Positions 1-9,648 of a stretch of DNA of 64,000 bases are shown here, in pieces. The notes under the pieces were generated by a model. It made no database searches. It was not told the DNA's origin and saw nothing but the letters and a program-made list of their open reading frames with translations. A program made the position numbers and the translations under genes. The DNA is from Candidatus Bathyarchaeota archaeon (GTDB lineage: Archaea; Thermoproteota; Bathyarchaeia; 40CM-2-53-6). How positions within the stretch are numbered: the first letter of the stretch is position 1; each line of letters opens with the position of its first letter. Location: assembly GCA_963726255.1 (NCBI GenBank), contig CAVSBL010000002.1, positions 1,920,001 through 1,984,000 of the forward strand, read 5' to 3'.

Positions 1-805
1 ATGTTGCCGTCGTGCCTTCATCATACCACCCTGCTCCCGTAGAGTTTGTTTGTGGCCCGGTTATTGCTAGGAGGTTCTGCGTCGTGTAGGTCACATCGAG
101 GTTTGTGTCACCGGTTACGAAGACGTTCCTGTTGGCGTTGGTCGACCCATCTGGCCAGTGGTCAAACCTTAACCGTGTTGTTGGATTGACCTGAACGAGG
201 AGGGGCACTGTGATATTATGTTCACCCAATGCGACTCCAACCGCGGCCGGTCCTGGCGGTTGTTGTAACCCGTCGACGGAGACGGCCACAGCCGCTGGAA
301 CAGTCACCCTCAAGGTTACAGGGGTCAGCTCGATTCCGAATAGGACGCTGTTGGTTGTCTTCGGGATTAGCGCGCCACTCGAGTCGAAAAATGCTGCTGT
401 CATGTTCAACTTCCAAATTCCGGGTTGATGTTTCCCGCCGAGTACTCCGCCGATTCTGAAGCTCAACTGTTCAACACCTGATGCTGCGCTGACGTTAATG
501 ATGCAAAACGCTGTGAGTACAAACTGGTTTATGCATGGGTTGGGTGAAGACGTGGCAATGCCTGGTACGATTCTCTGAGGCGTCATTTCCGCGTCAAGTA
601 CGCCCACCGCGAGGGAATTGCCCGGGAGAGCATCACTGTAGTTGACAGTTGCCGTGACGTAGATAGGTTCTGCGCTGCCGGCGGTCGTCTGGCTAGGGTG
701 TGTGAGCCCATAGATACTTGTCGCCTGAACTGCATAAGCGTTAGGCAACGCGATAACGAGAGAAGTTACGAGCAAGCTTACGATTAAGATTTGAGCGTTA
801 TTCAA
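1..805 (-). CDS. Secreted/cell-surface beta-rich protein, 3'-truncated by the window edge (not in ORF track)
   Basis: Hand translation from TTG at 805 is open to base 1: MNNAQILIVSLLVTSLVIALPNAYA (signal peptide) ... RFDHWPDGSTNANR ... TGAGWYDEGTTAT. GxGWY and FxxWxDG motifs are typical of archaeal surface-protein repeats. Confidence 0.8.
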   Translation of the reverse strand, partial: MNNAQILIVSLLVTSLVIALPNAYAVQATSIYGLTHPSQTTAGSAEPIYVTATVNYSDALPGNSLAVGVLDAEMTPQRIVPGIATSSPNPCINQFVLTAFCIINVSAASGVEQLSFRIGGVLGGKHQPGIWKLNMTAAFFDSSGALIPKTTNSVLFGIELTPVTLRVTVPAAVAVSVDGLQQPPGPAAVGVALGEHNITVPLLVQVNPTTRLRFDHWPDGSTNANRNVFVTGDTNLDVTYTTQNLLAITGPQTNSTGAGWYDEGTTAT

Positions 806-877
806 TTGGAAGCCTGCGCAAATTGAAGTCTAACGGCAAGGGTCCGTTCTGGGTGAAAACCCTTCCGGTTAACTTCA

Positions 878-3805
878 TCAGATTCTGGTTTGCAGGGTTT
901 TCGCGAGTTTAGCAGAGGTCAAAGCGGCGGACAGGAAGAGCATTGAAAGCACGACGGTTGCAGAGGATGCCATTAGAAGTTGTGGAAAACTGAAGATTTC
1001 ACCGAGCAGAAGACCCGCCATACCGCCGAGTAAGCAAACTCCGAGCAATTTCACGAGTAAGTTTTGCTCTCTCAACCCACGTAAGCGCCGGACCTTTGTC
1101 CTGACTAGGCTGAGCGGCAAGCCAAGATAGAAGGCGCCAATTAGGCTGCTCGCCAATAGTCCCGAGAGGAGTGCGGCGAGTTCAGGATAGGCTGATGTCG
1201 TCGAAAACAGGTTTGAGGTTAGGTAAAGGATTCCTATGAGCGGGTACAACACGCCTTTCATTATTGTTCGCTCAACCCAATGCGTTGTCAGGTAACTCGC
1301 CGCGTACGGGCTGAAGGAATAGTACCATGCGTTGAAGGCAACCATGAAGTTTGAACCAGCCTGCGTCTTCATAATTGAAAAGTCACGGAAATTACGCAGC
1401 AACTGTACTTCTGGAGCAAGCTCGGAACCGTATGTTGCGGTGGCAATGAGACATTTCGGAGCTGCTGCAGCTGCAATTAGTATTGCTAGATTCGCGCTAT
1501 GAGTTATCGCGCCACTCGTCCCGGTAATAGACAAGGTGAAGGAACCTGTTGACGACGTGGACGTTGCGCTCACCGTGAGTGTAGAACTTGCAGGAGTGCC
1601 TGTTGAGGGTGTTACAGGACTCGACAAGCTAGCTGAAACACCGGACGGGGCCGACCCTACCCAAGAATAGCTTAGGTCAACCGCCGAATTGAAGCCGTTT
1701 ATTGAAGTAACCGTGATTGTCGACGTCCCGCTCGCTCCTTGGGTTACCGATATTGATGTCGGGTTTCCGCTAACCGAGAAGTCGGGTGTTATCGTGATCG
1801 TCAACCCTAGTGGTTGTGAGTGGATCAAACTTCCGCTTGTGCCGGTGATTGTTATCGTTGTAACTAGAGGGAGCGTTCCAGCGTCGACGCTCACGGTTGC
1901 CATGGATGTTACCGTACCGCCGGCGGGCGGCGTCACAGCTGGTGGAGAGAAAGTCACGTGGACGCCAGCCGGTAAGGCGCTTGTGCTCAGGGCGACAGCT
2001 GAGTTGAACGACCCCATGGATGTAATCGTGACGGTGTCAGTTGCCGAGCCACTAGCTCCAACACTTAGGGTCGGCGAGGTGAGTGACAATGAGAAGTCAG
2101 CACCAGAAGTAACGGTGAGCGCGAAAGATGTTGTATGCGTTCCTGACGAACCCGTCCCACTTACCGTTATGGTTGTAGTTCCCACGGGTACGCTAGCGCC
2201 AACGTTGATGGTCAGCGTGGCAGAGGCGCTCCCACTCGATGGAATCGAAATGGGATTCGGGCTGAAAGCTGAGAAGGTGACGCCGGCTGGGACTGAGCCG
2301 GTTACTGAGAGTGCGACAGGGCCCGAAAAGCCTAGTTGGGAAGTGCCTGTAATCGTAACCATGCCCGAACCGCCCTGCGGAACTGAAACGGTTGGCGGTG
2401 AGGGGCTTAGGGTGAAGTCTGAGGCGGTCGGCGATAGCTCGGCGACTTTGTTCGCTCCGGCCTCCAGGATCCAAACGTTGCCAGAAGAGTCGACTACGAC
2501 ATCATGCGGCTGTGTGTGACTGCCTATTGACCATTCTGTGAACTGCCCGTTCGGTGCACCAACGTTAGGCGCACTTGCCGGCGCAACCACATTCGTTGAA
2601 ACTGCAGTCGGAGGAAGAACTGCCGCCGTAACTGCGACTGGTCCACCACCTGAGGGCGAGGTAACTGGTGTCGCAGAGACAACTGAACCACCTGCAGACG
2701 GGTCGAGTTCAGCCACTTTCCCATTCCCTGCGCTTACCGAGTCTTCCGCTATCCAGGGGTGTTGAGTTAGCGGGTTGATGCTGATCAGCCTCGGGTCCGC
2801 GCCGATGGTTGGGATCTGCCATTCCTTGATAGTGTTAGCTCCAATATTCAGTAATCCAACATAATTATCGGCACCCGACGCCGACTGGACGCCTTGTGTG
2901 TACCATACTTGTCCAAGGCTATCGACCGATATGAAATCCCCTTGTGCCGAGCCGTGAGTTGGCAATGGCCAGACTGTATATTGGTTCGTTACCCTATCCC
3001 ATTTCACAATGCCAGAAATCCCTTGATACCAGACGACTCCTGGACCCGCGTAGACACCATTAGCGCCTCCGCCCGCGCCTGCAGGAAAAGTATCTTCATA
3101 AAGCGTGCCGCTGTTCGGAGTTCCAGGGCTATAGATTATTTCCCCATTCACATTTCTAAGGATCTCAGTGAACCACACTCTCACATACGTTCCCGAAGGT
3201 TCAATTGAGACATACTCCGGCCCCGAACCTGCGGTGGGCAACGGGAATTCCTTAAACGTGGACGTGCTTGGCAAGAAAACAAAGACCTTGTCCTTTGCGA
3301 ATTCAGTTCCCCAAACTTCCAACTGGCCGGAAAATGTAGTTGTTGTAATCCCTGTTGGCTGTGCACCCGCCGTGGGTATTGCCCATTCCTGGAAGGTGCC
3401 GGTTGTAGGGTCAAGGTGGGCGAGATTATTGGTAAAGTATTCCAGAAACCAACAGCAGTTACCAGACGGATCGAGTGACAAACCATATGGTCCACTGTTT
3501 GCTGTCGGTACAGTCCACTCGGTCAAGGTGTAGTTAGTGGACGGGGCATATACGGGCTTAACGAGTGGGCTCCCAACGCCAACGAATGAGATTGAAAGCA
3601 GGAATACGGACAGAACAATCAAAGACTTGACGAAAACTCTTCGACTTCGGGCGGCATGACCATTTCTATTGAAGGTTACGGCCAAGGTTAGAACAACTAC
3701 CCACATATTCTGAATTGTAGGTATTTCTTGTTTTCTGCGGCCCCTCCTGCTTCCTTCATGCGGGTTGCAAGCCCAACGGAACAGGTACCTACGCGAACTA
3801 CACAA
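878..3805 (-). CDS. Surface protein: Vgb-lyase-like beta-propeller, three Ig-like repeats and a CFI-box-CTERM anchor
   Basis: Repeated EWxxPTxxSGP/VWFTE propeller blades; three DFxLSxxxxTxSV...GFxxxVxLS repeats; C-terminal CLIATATYGSELAPEVQLLRNFRD plus TM helices. True start is probably near 3706, downstream of the called start. Confidence 0.85.
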   Translation of the reverse strand: MCSSRRYLFRWACNPHEGSRRGRRKQEIPTIQNMWVVVLTLAVTFNRNGHAARSRRVFVKSLIVLSVFLLSISFVGVGSPLVKPVYAPSTNYTLTEWTVPTANSGPYGLSLDPSGNCCWFLEYFTNNLAHLDPTTGTFQEWAIPTAGAQPTGITTTTFSGQLEVWGTEFAKDKVFVFLPSTSTFKEFPLPTAGSGPEYVSIEPSGTYVRVWFTEILRNVNGEIIYSPGTPNSGTLYEDTFPAGAGGGANGVYAGPGVVWYQGISGIVKWDRVTNQYTVWPLPTHGSAQGDFISVDSLGQVWYTQGVQSASGADNYVGLLNIGANTIKEWQIPTIGADPRLISINPLTQHPWIAEDSVSAGNGKVAELDPSAGGSVVSATPVTSPSGGGPVAVTAAVLPPTAVSTNVVAPASAPNVGAPNGQFTEWSIGSHTQPHDVVVDSSGNVWILEAGANKVAELSPTASDFTLSPSPPTVSVPQGGSGMVTITGTSQLGFSGPVALSVTGSVPAGVTFSAFSPNPISIPSSGSASATLTINVGASVPVGTTTITVSGTGSSGTHTTSFALTVTSGADFSLSLTSPTLSVGASGSATDTVTITSMGSFNSAVALSTSALPAGVHVTFSPPAVTPPAGGTVTSMATVSVDAGTLPLVTTITITGTSGSLIHSQPLGLTITITPDFSVSGNPTSISVTQGASGTSTITVTSINGFNSAVDLSYSWVGSAPSGVSASLSSPVTPSTGTPASSTLTVSATSTSSTGSFTLSITGTSGAITHSANLAILIAAAAAPKCLIATATYGSELAPEVQLLRNFRDFSIMKTQAGSNFMVAFNAWYYSFSPYAASYLTTHWVERTIMKGVLYPLIGILYLTSNLFSTTSAYPELAALLSGLLASSLIGAFYLGLPLSLVRTKVRRLRGLREQNLLVKLLGVCLLGGMAGLLLGEIFSFPQLLMASSATVVLSMLFLSAALTSAKLAKTLQTRI

Positions 3806-3824
3806 TGTTTCTGAAGATAGCAGC

Positions 3825-4055
3825 CTAGTTCTTTCCAGCTGTAGCCCCGTAGAGCAACAAGAGTGCTCCCAGGAGAATCAGGGGAACCGCGAACAAAAGG
3901 TTCGGGTAGATCACAACGCTGCGAGCGGGGTTCTGCAACCCCACTATGAGGGGTATGGGAGCTGCAAGAAGAGCCACCACAAGCACAAGAAAGCCAAGGA
4001 GAATTCCGAACTTATTCACGCTGCCCACCCGACGTCTTACTAGTCCACTCACCAA
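3825..4055 (-). CDS. Small two-TM membrane protein
   Basis: Two hydrophobic stretches; co-oriented with and overlapping the upstream gene. Confidence 0.6.
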   Translation of the reverse strand: MVSGLVRRRVGSVNKFGILLGFLVLVVALLAAPIPLIVGLQNPARSVVIYPNLLFAVPLILLGALLLLYGATAGKN

Positions 4056-4498
4056 GCGTACCCGTACAACGCAACTAATCTCGCGACCACGCTTTCAGAA
4101 ACTACGGCCTTGATAGGTCTTTGCTCTTTCGTTGAGATGTTTTCTACGGTGGCCTTTGACCATTGGGCTTCAGATGAGCCGTACATCGAAAGCTCAAGAG
4201 TAGATTGCAATGCATCCAGCTTAACTCTCTGAGTTGGATAAGTGAGATTCAATTCATAATCGTAGCCAGTGAGTTCATCTTTGAAGATGAGGCGCTTACT
4301 TTCTCCGCCGCCACCCTCGCCTATTATGTAACGTACTAGAAAGATGCGTCGCGGAGAATTGCCCGGGCCGCGGTCTGCGATAAGAAGCGGCTCAACGCCG
4401 TGCTCCTCAGCAAACAGGAGTCTCAGGAAGCTATCAGACAAGCGGTACACCAATGTCTCCATGTAAATTGGGCCTCTCGGCGAGTGCACATTTCTCAA
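4049..4498 (-). CDS. Hypothetical protein
   Basis: 149-aa ORF with protein-like composition, in an operon-like position. Confidence 0.55.
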   Translation of the reverse strand: MRNVHSPRGPIYMETLVYRLSDSFLRLLFAEEHGVEPLLIADRGPGNSPRRIFLVRYIIGEGGGGESKRLIFKDELTGYDYELNLTYPTQRVKLDALQSTLELSMYGSSEAQWSKATVENISTKEQRPIKAVVSESVVARLVALYGYAW

Positions 4499-4566
4499 GG
4501 GTTAGCTGAGAGCGATAAAGTATAAGCATGAGAATGTAACACTGCTGGCGGAGTTGCATACCGTTG

Positions 4567-4677
4567 ATGTCAAGGTTTGAAAAGGAAGGCCAGCGCCTAA
4601 CATGCGACAAGTGCGGCTTTGAAACAAACAGTCAAGAAATCTTCGCATTGCACAAGAAAAACTGCCCAAGAATTTGA
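4567..4677 (+). CDS. C2HC zinc-finger microprotein, 36 aa (not in ORF track)
   Basis: MSRFEKEGQRLTCDKCGFETNSQEIFALHKKNCPRI: C-x2-C-x12-H-x3-C; TATA-like AAGTATAAG upstream at about 4518. Confidence 0.7.
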   Translation: MSRFEKEGQRLTCDKCGFETNSQEIFALHKKNCPRI

Positions 4678-4755
4678 CCCGCTCCGTTACATCCCAAACT
4701 CTAGCGGAAAAGACGCTCTTCACCTTCTTTCAGCCCTCACAGGGGTAGTAGTGTC

Positions 4756-5016
4756 ATGGGGATTGAAATCGAAGGTTTCGCGTTCAACGACTACTGCCTG
4801 CAATGCCAGAAAACCACTGTACACAAGATCGAACTAGAAAGCAAAGAGCTGCTGGGGGCTTGCTCTTCATGCGGGGAAAAGCGTGCATTGACCGAATTAG
4901 AACAGGTCCATTACTCGAATACAGATCTTTGGGTTACTCGATTCAAGATAGGGAATCTTCCGAGTGTTGTTGCAGGCAGACTCCTGAACGCCGTACGCAA
5001 CACTAAACGGACGTAA
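4756..5016 (+). CDS. Zinc-ribbon protein
   Basis: CLQC...CSSCG motif pair; GGGGT SD-like sequence upstream. Confidence 0.7.
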   Translation: MGIEIEGFAFNDYCLQCQKTTVHKIELESKELLGACSSCGEKRALTELEQVHYSNTDLWVTRFKIGNLPSVVAGRLLNAVRNTKRT

Positions 5017-5405
5017 GCGTGTATAATTCCTCAGTCTACGTTTTTCGACTGAACTCGAGCTCGCCCATCATATCCGCTACTAGGAAATTTCCGGTGAATC
5101 ATCCACCACGAACTTTGAATTCCTCATCCAGATTTGTCCCAAAAACTCCATTCTATCTTCACGTGTAATTCAAAACTCGCGTGCGATCGATGGGAAAATT
5201 TCGCTTGTCGCGAACGTCAATCGGGATTCGTTGTAACATTTCGGGTTTGCGCGGGAATGCAAACCAAAATTCGTGATGACGCGGATAAATCTGGTGAAGA
5301 AATTTTCCGCGCGGCGCGTGATCATTTTGGAGTAACGCTTATATGCAGATTATTTAAATTAAGGGTAGAGTCGGGAATTCTTCCGGAGGATCTTGAGTAC
5401 AAAAA

Positions 5406-5813
5406 TTGTCTGCTAGACCTTACGCTTACAGGCAAATTGTTGCAACGCTTTTCGGATGCCGCTCAGACCTTCTCGACGACAAACTTCTCCTGAACACAAC
5501 TGTGAGAGCAATCCACAACGCGAACATGGAACTCGCGAAAACGAAAACCGCGAACCCACTCGTCTATCGAGTTGCCGACGACATAATGGGTGGTGGAGTA
5601 AGCGTGAATGCTATAATTACGACAAGCCACCTTACAGTTCACACTTCAAAGATGCATTCTACAGCGGAGTTTGATTGCGCGACATGCGGTTGTGACAGTA
5701 ATCCGTGGGCTGCGCTCGAGACTTTCAAACGTGCCTTAAGGCCTACGCACGTTATAATGCATTATCAGCATGGTGAGCAGCCAGTTCTAACAGTTCCACC
5801 CATCCAAGCCTAA
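5406..5813 (+). CDS. speD: Pyruvoyl-dependent S-adenosylmethionine decarboxylase-family proenzyme (SpeD/SpeH-like; may instead be an arginine decarboxylase)
   Basis: GGGVSVNAIITTSHLTVHT self-cleavage region and DCATCG (cf. DVYTCG). Confidence 0.75.
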   Translation: MSARPYAYRQIVATLFGCRSDLLDDKLLLNTTVRAIHNANMELAKTKTANPLVYRVADDIMGGGVSVNAIITTSHLTVHTSKMHSTAEFDCATCGCDSNPWAALETFKRALRPTHVIMHYQHGEQPVLTVPPIQA

Positions 5814-5831
5814 GCGAACTGCCCGTAAGTT

Positions 5832-6227
5832 TTACTGCGCTTCTTCCCTTGAATTATCGGCGGTAGCAAGCTCAAGCTTTCTAACCGAGTTACCGATCTC
5901 GTCCAAGAGGACCTCTTCCACTCCCGGTTCCAGACTCAAAACTACCAGATGAGCCGCAGTACGGTAGAAAACCAAGAGCACTTTATCGTAACGCAAAGCC
6001 ACACGCTTAGTTGAGCCGCAGAATGGCCGCAGTTTCTCCGCAGCATCCACAATCAAGGGTGTAGCGATGGTAATGAAGTCGCGGTCGGTTTGCGCAGGTG
6101 TTAAAGAAGAAACTCCTTCTCGCATTCTCGATTCCAGAAGGTCATACTGGTGATTTAGAATAGCGATGTACCGGATGCGCTTGTCAAGTTTGAAGATGGT
6201 ATCAGTAATCTCCTTGTTCTCGATCAA
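5832..6227 (-). CDS. Roadblock/LAMTOR-like (DUF6659-like) protein
   Basis: LDKRIRYIAILN...MREGV...G.....LRYDKV pattern typical of TACK roadblock-like proteins. Confidence 0.65.
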   Translation of the reverse strand: MIENKEITDTIFKLDKRIRYIAILNHQYDLLESRMREGVSSLTPAQTDRDFITIATPLIVDAAEKLRPFCGSTKRVALRYDKVLLVFYRTAAHLVVLSLEPGVEEVLLDEIGNSVRKLELATADNSREEAQ

Positions 6228-6340
6228 GTTTCCCAGCGATTAACCGCTGTCTACGTGGATATATGGGCTTGCAGGCGGAGGTTTTAGTGTAAGACTTAAT
6301 TCGGGCCAACGCCGGTAGGCAAATCAGTGGCGTTCAACCC

Positions 6341-6859
6341 TTGCTTGACTCGACAAAATTACGACACGAAATATCAAAGTTGTACGATAAGAACCCTCAA
6401 GGCTGGAGGGTTCTAGTCGGCAAGGACAGAACCGGATTCTACGACGTACTAATCTCGCATGGGACGGACGCTTGGCAAGTAAAAGAGTACCAGGTAAACC
6501 CCTACAAGTTCGTGGGCTTAGGGTCGAGGCTCCCTAACTCAACGCCTGGACCGTTGATTTCCAACGAAAATACCTTCGGTTTTAGACCTCTCGGAGTCGG
6601 TCAAATGAAAGAACTTGCGGCCCTAATAGATGACCCAAGGGCGGTAAGCGACCTCGCAACCAAGCTTCTAACCAAGAAACCCGTCAGCTCAACCGAAGCC
6701 CTAGAGAGCCCAGCGGTTCTGCACGGCCCAATTCTTCAAACCCCAAGGCCGATCGAAGCCCTCTCCTCTTCTCATACGAAGCTAGACGAGAAACTGAGGA
6801 GGGAGTTACAGCGGATCGTCAACAGGGAATTCAGGCACACAGTCGCCCCATACATTTGA
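6341..6859 (+). CDS. Conserved archaeal hypothetical protein
   Basis: 172-aa ORF with PQGWRVLVG, YQVNPY and FGFRP motifs; function not recognised. Confidence 0.65.
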   Translation: MLDSTKLRHEISKLYDKNPQGWRVLVGKDRTGFYDVLISHGTDAWQVKEYQVNPYKFVGLGSRLPNSTPGPLISNENTFGFRPLGVGQMKELAALIDDPRAVSDLATKLLTKKPVSSTEALESPAVLHGPILQTPRPIEALSSSHTKLDEKLRRELQRIVNREFRHTVAPYI

Positions 6860-6920
6860 ACAGAATGCGCGGAACCTTCCGGGTTCACGTTCAAGGTTGA
6901 GCGCATAGGTTGCATGAATT

Positions 6921-8105
6921 ATGAAGATAGCCAACGTTGACATTTTCCAACTCGGTGAACAGGCGGCGGGGGTAAGTGCAACTTGGGCAGCGAACTCCAT
7001 AATCCTCAAGCTCACCACCTCCACCGGCCTTGTAGGCTATGGCGAGGCGGTCCCCACGCTTAGAGTTCAACCAGTAATACAGTCTCTTCGTGAAGTCGCT
7101 CGAGTCTACGTAGGGAAGGACCCTTGTGATGTTGAGCGCAATTGGCATGAGTGGCGTAAGCACGACTTTTACCTACCCGTATCCTTCGAGTCGACAACCG
7201 CGGTTAGTGCATTCGACATAGCCTGCTGGGACATAATCGGAAAGCAGTTCGGCGCACCATTACACAAGCTGATGGGGGGATCAACGAGAACGAAAGTGCG
7301 TCTGTACTCAAATGGATGGTACAATGACTGCGTAACACCAGACCAATTCGGCCAACGTGCGAAGCAGTTTGCTGGAATGGGATACACTGGCCTAAAGTTC
7401 GACCCCTTCGGAGATTACTATGACTGGATCGATACGAAAGGGTTGAGCATAGCATACGAACGGGTCAAGGCCGTACGGGATGCAACTGGCGGGAAAGTGG
7501 ACTTGCTCATCGAACACCATGGAAGATTCAACCCTAACTCCGCCATAATGATCGCCCGGAAACTTCGTGAATTTGACCCGCTCTTCATGGAGGAGCCAGT
7601 TCACCCAGAGAACGAAGACGGTCTGAGAAAGTACAGAGAGGCAACCGACGTAAGAGTTGCCATCGGCGAGAGAATACTAACCAAAGAGCAGGCGGCCCAT
7701 ATCCTCTCGAACAACCTCACAGATTTTCTTCAACCCGACATAACAAACATCGGCGGAGTAACGCAGGCGGTAAAAGTTGCGGCCATCGCAGAGGCATACG
7801 ACGTGGAAATCGCATTCCACAACGCGTTCGGCCCCATCCAAAACGCGGTAACCATCCAACTGGATGCCACCATACCCAACTTCCTGATACAGGAATCCTT
7901 CTACGACGTTTTTCCACCCTGGAAACGACAATTGGTGAAGGATCAGTCAAAGGTTGAGAACGGCTACGCCTCAGTGCCAACAAAACCTGGTCTAGGCGTT
8001 GAGGTAGACGAGAAGATTCTAGAGGATCACAAGGCGGAAGGTCAAGAATACTTCAACCCAGACGAACCTGTCTGGGTCGTGAAGAACACTTGGAGGAGTC
8101 CGTAA
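6921..8105 (+). CDS. Mandelate racemase/muconate-lactonizing enzyme family sugar-acid dehydratase
   Basis: KFDPF, EHHGRF, MEEPV, GER, QPDITNIGG and HNAFGP enolase-superfamily motifs. Confidence 0.9.
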   Translation: MKIANVDIFQLGEQAAGVSATWAANSIILKLTTSTGLVGYGEAVPTLRVQPVIQSLREVARVYVGKDPCDVERNWHEWRKHDFYLPVSFESTTAVSAFDIACWDIIGKQFGAPLHKLMGGSTRTKVRLYSNGWYNDCVTPDQFGQRAKQFAGMGYTGLKFDPFGDYYDWIDTKGLSIAYERVKAVRDATGGKVDLLIEHHGRFNPNSAIMIARKLREFDPLFMEEPVHPENEDGLRKYREATDVRVAIGERILTKEQAAHILSNNLTDFLQPDITNIGGVTQAVKVAAIAEAYDVEIAFHNAFGPIQNAVTIQLDATIPNFLIQESFYDVFPPWKRQLVKDQSKVENGYASVPTKPGLGVEVDEKILEDHKAEGQEYFNPDEPVWVVKNTWRSP

Positions 8106-8175
8106 GAGAGTAGCCACCGCAATCCAACCGAATGAGAGAACGGGTTAAGTTACCGCAGAATAATCGGGATATTCT

Positions 8176-9180
8176 ATGCAGATTCAATTCGGGTATAGGG
8201 CAGAAGCCGAAGGGCACCAGCCCGACGAACTCTTACGGTTCGCAGCGCTTGCTCAAACCAGCGGGTTCGATTTCATCCCAATAAGCGACCACTTCCACCC
8301 GTGGTTTCACACAAACGCTGCTTGCCCATTTGCGTGGTCATGGATGTCCGCTGCGGCTGCAACTATTCCTAACATTAGATTCGGAACGATAGTCACCGCG
8401 CCCATTGGCAGATACCACCCTGCTGTCATTGCTCAAGCCTTCGCAACCATGGACGCCATGTTCCCGAACAGAGTCTTCATTGCACTAGGAACTGGCGAAG
8501 CCATGAACGATTCTCCCCTCGGCTACCCATGGCCAAAATTCCCGGAAAGACTGGAACGGTTGAAGGAGGCCCTAGAAATAATTCGCCAACTATGGACCAT
8601 GGACTTTGTTAACTATTCAGGCACCTACTATACACTAAACGGTGCGAAACTCTACACCAAACCCAAAGGTCGTATTCCGATTTATGTTGCTGCCAACGGC
8701 CCGCAAGCGGCCAGCCTAGTTGGCAAATACGCCGACGGATACGCTACTATTGACCCAGTGATGAGCAACATCAAGACCTTATGGCCCATAATTGAACAGG
8801 CAGCAAAAGACGCTGGACGAGACGCAAACCAGCTTAACAAGAACGTTGAACTCTTCTTCTCCTACTCTCAGAATTATGATGAAGCCTTAGCTTCCGCGAG
8901 GAAATGGAAATCCAGCCTAATACCAAACATACTGAACCTGCCCATTCATGATCCCAGAGAGCTCGAAAGACAGGGAAACGAAATCTCAGACGATGAACTC
9001 GCAAAAGTCTGGACGATCGCAATTGACGCTGAACCAATAATCAAGAAGGCAGAGGCGGCAATATCGTTGGGATACAATGAGATTCAACTCCACAGCGCGA
9101 GCCCCTCCGAGGAGAATTTTCTGAACATGTGTAACAAAGATGTGCTACCTCATCTCAAACAAGAATTCGGTTCGGTTTAG
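8176..9180 (+). CDS. F420-dependent LLM-class oxidoreductase (G6PDH/TIGR03557-like)
   Basis: SDHFHPW, YHPAVIAQAFAT, LGTGEAMND, AKLYTKP. Confidence 0.9.
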   Translation: MQIQFGYRAEAEGHQPDELLRFAALAQTSGFDFIPISDHFHPWFHTNAACPFAWSWMSAAAATIPNIRFGTIVTAPIGRYHPAVIAQAFATMDAMFPNRVFIALGTGEAMNDSPLGYPWPKFPERLERLKEALEIIRQLWTMDFVNYSGTYYTLNGAKLYTKPKGRIPIYVAANGPQAASLVGKYADGYATIDPVMSNIKTLWPIIEQAAKDAGRDANQLNKNVELFFSYSQNYDEALASARKWKSSLIPNILNLPIHDPRELERQGNEISDDELAKVWTIAIDAEPIIKKAEAAISLGYNEIQLHSASPSEENFLNMCNKDVLPHLKQEFGSV

Positions 9181-9297
9181 TCCTTGCATGTATACCCCTG
9201 AATATTGTAGGTAACGCTCAGGCCGCTGTGTCTCTGAATTAAGGGATAGCCGTAAATCGCTACTCGGGCGATGCAGATCTGGTCCTGGGAACTACAT

Positions 9298-9549
9298 ATG
9301 TCAACGAAAAAAGTGCGGAAATGTGTTGCTTGCGGGAAACCGATTCGGGGGAAACCAGCATTGATGCAGCTGCAAATCACCCATGAGCAGAGGAAGCTCA
9401 TGGAACGCGCGAAGGAACTCGGGTTTACTTCGGAGAGCTGGCGGGCGGGTGATAGTATGGAAGGTGTTTTCGATAAGAACTGTTTCAACGTGGCGATGCT
9501 GGTTTGGCAAGTGGCCTTCAACACACGTGCGTTAAGCCCACGTCGTTAA
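9298..9549 (+). CDS. Small zinc-binding hypothetical protein
   Basis: CVACGKPI N-terminus and a distal Cys; ATG at 9298 is the likely start. Confidence 0.6.
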   Translation: MSTKKVRKCVACGKPIRGKPALMQLQITHEQRKLMERAKELGFTSESWRAGDSMEGVFDKNCFNVAMLVWQVAFNTRALSPRR

Positions 9550-9648
9550 CAGATAATGCTCCGCCGAGCTCGCCGAGAGGAACTATTAAGGCTCAGTCTA
9601 CAGGACTGGTTTAGGAAGAACTCCATTCCGCATTAGGAAAAGATCGCA

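Noticed and set aside
1689-2519. 276-aa plus-strand ORF
   Set aside because: Antisense shadow of the Thr/Ser/Val-rich repeats of the surface protein
5085-5105. ORB-like sequence TTTCCGGTGAATC suggesting a replication origin
   Set aside because: Single weak match; no cdc6/orc1 nearby
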